A stretch of 41,419 nt of DNA from Fidelibacterota bacterium. GTDB taxonomy: Bacteria > Fidelibacterota > UBA2242. The DNA is taken from assembly GCA_049975265.1 (NCBI GenBank), contig JBNGDF010000022.1, forward strand, positions 1 through 41,419, in the 5' to 3' direction. Positions 38,914-41,419 of the stretch are shown in pieces (within the stretch, counting starts at the first letter, position 1; each line of letters starts with the position of its first letter). Made by a program: the position numbers and the translations under genes. The notes under the pieces were generated by a model. It did not search any database and was not told where the DNA came from. It saw only the letters and a program-made list of their open reading frames with translations.

Positions 38914-39678
38914 CTAATGTTCATATCCCAGCCGTTGCAGCAGCTCGACCGCCTCGTCATTTGCCATAAATTCTTCATAACGCCGCCGGTGCTCCGGCTT
39001 TTGCCACTTCCCGATGGCGTTACCATGAAGATTCTGCACGGGACTTGCCCAGTGCTTGCTCTTTTTTACGGCAGTATGCTGAAGCCAGTTACCGATTTCA
39101 GCGGTCATGTCTTCGTTTAGAAAATGGATCAGTTTTTGAATTTCGCTTTCGTAATGATGAACAAGATTCTCGTATTTCAGAGTGTAGACATGGGGATGCC
39201 CGGCAAATGCCAGCCCCTGTTTTACATCGGAAATCCAGCGCCGCACCGATACCCAGTACTGATCAGGCGTATGCCTGGGGTGTTTTGAGGTCACCACATC
39301 CCGCCCGTCCCGGATCATATGAATGAGTTTGACCCTGTGCCCGAAATAGCGCAATATTTGATCAAAGAATTGGATATTTTTCGGCGTTTTTTCGCACCAG
39401 CGCCGCTTCTGCTCAGGAATTTTATGCAGTAGCAATTCCCGATACAGACGGTCCAGACGGGTCGGCTGACTGTTGTTGTCCCAGACCGTAAAGGCGTAGG
39501 TCTGATTTTGAATTCCGAAAATGTGCGGATGGGCATCCAGAATCGACAGCAGCAAGGTGGTTCCCGAGCGCGGGCAGGCACCGATGATGATCGGCTCGTC
39601 CCCGAAACAGCGTCTCTCTCTGGATCGTCCGGCACTGATGATCAGCGGTCGCATCATTCGTTTGATCGCGTTATCCAT
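38914..39678 (-). CDS. PAPS-dependent sulfotransferase
   Basis: IIGACPRSGTTLL (5'-PSB loop), WCEKTPKN, IRDGRDVVTS, LKYENLV, IGKW. Confidence 0.9.
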   Translation of the reverse strand: MDNAIKRMMRPLIISAGRSRERRCFGDEPIIIGACPRSGTTLLLSILDAHPHIFGIQNQTYAFTVWDNNSQPTRLDRLYRELLLHKIPEQKRRWCEKTPKNIQFFDQILRYFGHRVKLIHMIRDGRDVVTSKHPRHTPDQYWVSVRRWISDVKQGLAFAGHPHVYTLKYENLVHHYESEIQKLIHFLNEDMTAEIGNWLQHTAVKKSKHWASPVQNLHGNAIGKWQKPEHRRRYEEFMANDEAVELLQRLGYEH

Positions 39679-40432
39679 TGTTTCCCACCTGGTGAAACAT
39701 CTTTTCGGCAATCTGCAAATCCTCGCGCGTATCTATCTCCCACCATTTATTGCGATTCGTTTGGAGACCAAAGAACGCATGACCTTCAGCGATACCCTCT
39801 TTAATGATTGCCTCGTAATAAGAGGACACGTTATCCTGATCAATATATTCTGCCAGTTTACGTTGGCAGAAATCCCGGTAAAAATTTGCACCGATCCGAT
39901 AAAGATTGACCGTCTTGAATTTATCGGAAAAGTCGAAATCGTTACCCTGATCGCGTTTTAGGTATACTTCCGTTACCCGACTGTCTGAATCGCAGGCAAC
40001 GACTGTACCGTCCATCCGGTCTGTGTAGCGATCAATCAGCATGACATTTTCGGCGGGCTGCCTGACCAGTGCCGACATGATTTTTGGTTCAAAATAGACA
40101 TCGGCTTCGAACAGATAAAAACCTTCCTCCAGATAATTCCGTGCCAGCCAGAGGGAATAGATATTGTTGGTGGTATCGTACGCCTCATTTTTTACATATT
40201 CAATCCCGATGGAATGTTCAAACGGTTTCAAATGGTCGATAATCGCCTCCGCTTTGTAGCCCACAACCAGAATAACCCGTTTCAAATCGTTTGCGATGAT
40301 AGACTGAACTAAATTCGATAAAATTGAGGTGTCGTTGATCTCCACCAGAGGTTTTGGGCGATGGGCGCTCAGCTCTTTGAGGCGTTTGCCACGACCGGCG
40401 GCTAAAATAACGGCTGTTTGTGGTGCTTCCAT
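39671..40432 (-). CDS. LicC-like phosphocholine/phosphonate cytidylyltransferase family NTP-transferase
   Basis: AVILAAGRG.RL...PKPL, VVGYKA, N..YDTTNNIYSLWLA, W.EIDT.EDL. Confidence 0.82.
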   Translation of the reverse strand: MEAPQTAVILAAGRGKRLKELSAHRPKPLVEINDTSILSNLVQSIIANDLKRVILVVGYKAEAIIDHLKPFEHSIGIEYVKNEAYDTTNNIYSLWLARNYLEEGFYLFEADVYFEPKIMSALVRQPAENVMLIDRYTDRMDGTVVACDSDSRVTEVYLKRDQGNDFDFSDKFKTVNLYRIGANFYRDFCQRKLAEYIDQDNVSSYYEAIIKEGIAEGHAFFGLQTNRNKWWEIDTREDLQIAEKMFHQVGNNG

Positions 40433-40446
40433 TCCGATTCCTCCCA

Positions 40447-41052
40447 CTAATCCAGGATTTCCCTGACCGAAAAATCATCGGTTCTAAAGTTCCATGTCTT
40501 TACCGGAATTCGCCAGTCTTTTCCGTAATGATACGCCAGATAACCCTCAAAATTTTTCGGAACCGAATACTCTTTGCCCTCAAATTCGAGCAGGGTGGTT
40601 TCGTCATAAAAATGCTGCGGTGTGGCTTTCAGAACCGGTTTAACCACGTCCACCGTCCAGTAATATTCGTTCCCGATCAGCCGTTTAATGAAGATATCCA
40701 TCAGCGACAGGTCCTTAATGAAAAGCAGGCGTCTGGTCTGGACCCGGATAATTCGTATCTGTCCTTTTCTGAACGGACCCGTATCCCATTTATAACGTCG
40801 AACGTAAAAGCGATAGCCCTTCAGCCAGAAACGCCAGCGGTTACGTAGCAGCCGGTTTTCATAGGCACCGGTTATGGTGATATCGACATCATTGTCCCAG
40901 GGTAACAGGCGATTCTCACGGACAATGCCCAGCAGCGTGCCGGCTTCCAGGATATATTTGATTTTGGCGGCGTCCAGAATATTGGCGACATCCCGGAGCA
41001 TTCTCTTTGCTTTTATAAGTACTTCACCTTCGAGGCGTCTGCGTCCTGCCAT
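40447..41052 (-). CDS. LicD family phosphotransferase
   Basis: GTLLG.VRE..LLPWDNDVDI, DIF, F.G....VP...E.YL..HYG.DW..P. Confidence 0.88.
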   Translation of the reverse strand: MAGRRRLEGEVLIKAKRMLRDVANILDAAKIKYILEAGTLLGIVRENRLLPWDNDVDITITGAYENRLLRNRWRFWLKGYRFYVRRYKWDTGPFRKGQIRIIRVQTRRLLFIKDLSLMDIFIKRLIGNEYYWTVDVVKPVLKATPQHFYDETTLLEFEGKEYSVPKNFEGYLAYHYGKDWRIPVKTWNFRTDDFSVREILD

Positions 41053-41053
41053 A

Positions 41054-41419
41054 TTATCTCAGGTATCCTTTACGAAAAATTTCATGATAAATGACTTGCA
41101 GCTTGCGATACAGATTGAGCGGCTTTTTTTGCTTGGGAAACATTTCCGGATGGTGGTGAATCTCAAGCAATCGCTCTATCAGCCGCCTGCTGATATTGCC
41201 GTCGAGATAGGGATTGATTTCAGCCAGTTGCCGCTGGTTTCGCTCACTACAGGGTTCGGTCAGCGCCCGGTCAATGGCGGCGCGCAGCTGCTCCGGTTGG
41301 GTGATGTTGATGGCTTTTTCGGGACGGCTCCGGGTCTTATAGGTCACAACCGGTTTGCCGAGCACCATGAATTCGTACACAACGGATGATGTATCAGAAA
41401 TCAGCAGATCCGCCAGATG
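41054..41419 (-). CDS. Second TagF-like glycerophosphotransferase (partial; 5' end outside the window)
   Basis: Frame is open from the window edge: HLADLLISDTSSVVYEFMVLGKPVVT...PYLDGNISRR. Confidence 0.8.
   Translation of the reverse strand, partial: HLADLLISDTSSVVYEFMVLGKPVVTYKTRSRPEKAINITQPEQLRAAIDRALTEPCSERNQRQLAEINPYLDGNISRRLIERLLEIHHHPEMFPKQKKPLNLYRKLQVIYHEIFRKGYLR

Noticed and set aside
1..41419. CRISPR array, IS element or rRNA
   Set aside because: No regularly spaced direct repeats, transposase ORF or rRNA-like sequence were seen, and all intergenic gaps are short.

Overview
A gene-dense bacterial chromosomal segment with about 35 CDS. It probably comes from an anaerobic, diderm FCB-superphylum organism (inferred from the GWxTD, DUF4954, TatT-TRAP and [FeFe]-hydrogenase content). 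I see no CRISPR array, rRNA, integrase or transposase. From left to right: (1) a tRNA-Asn-like 3' remnant with an internal palindrome, followed by a truncated GIY-YIG nuclease; (2) a minus-strand run htpG, obgE, dprA, beta-propeller, GWxTD, and a LeuB/IDH-family protein missing most catalytic residues; (3) a receiver protein plus a two-subunit NAD(H)-linked [FeFe]-hydrogenase (NuoE-NuoF fusion and HydA) with non-bifurcating signatures; (4) rhodanese, DoxX/MauE, a small membrane protein, an APC-USP permease split by one in-frame TAG, a Ca/Na antiporter and a lipoprotein; (5) a TPR-DUF3108 gene leading a TatT-DctPQM (TPAT) transporter; (6) a highly structured 266-nt intergenic region; (7) a tight operon of ACP, ADP-forming acyl-CoA synthetase, nagB and DUF4954; (8) thioredoxin and an atypical alpha/beta hydrolase; (9) HTH-EIIA, cation/H+ antiporter-CBS, GltS, DUF1232 and an APC-EIIA fusion; (10) a surface-polymer operon (two TagF-like genes, LicD, LicC-like, sulfotransferase) running directly into dinB. 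All product calls come from motif recognition by eye; no database search was run.
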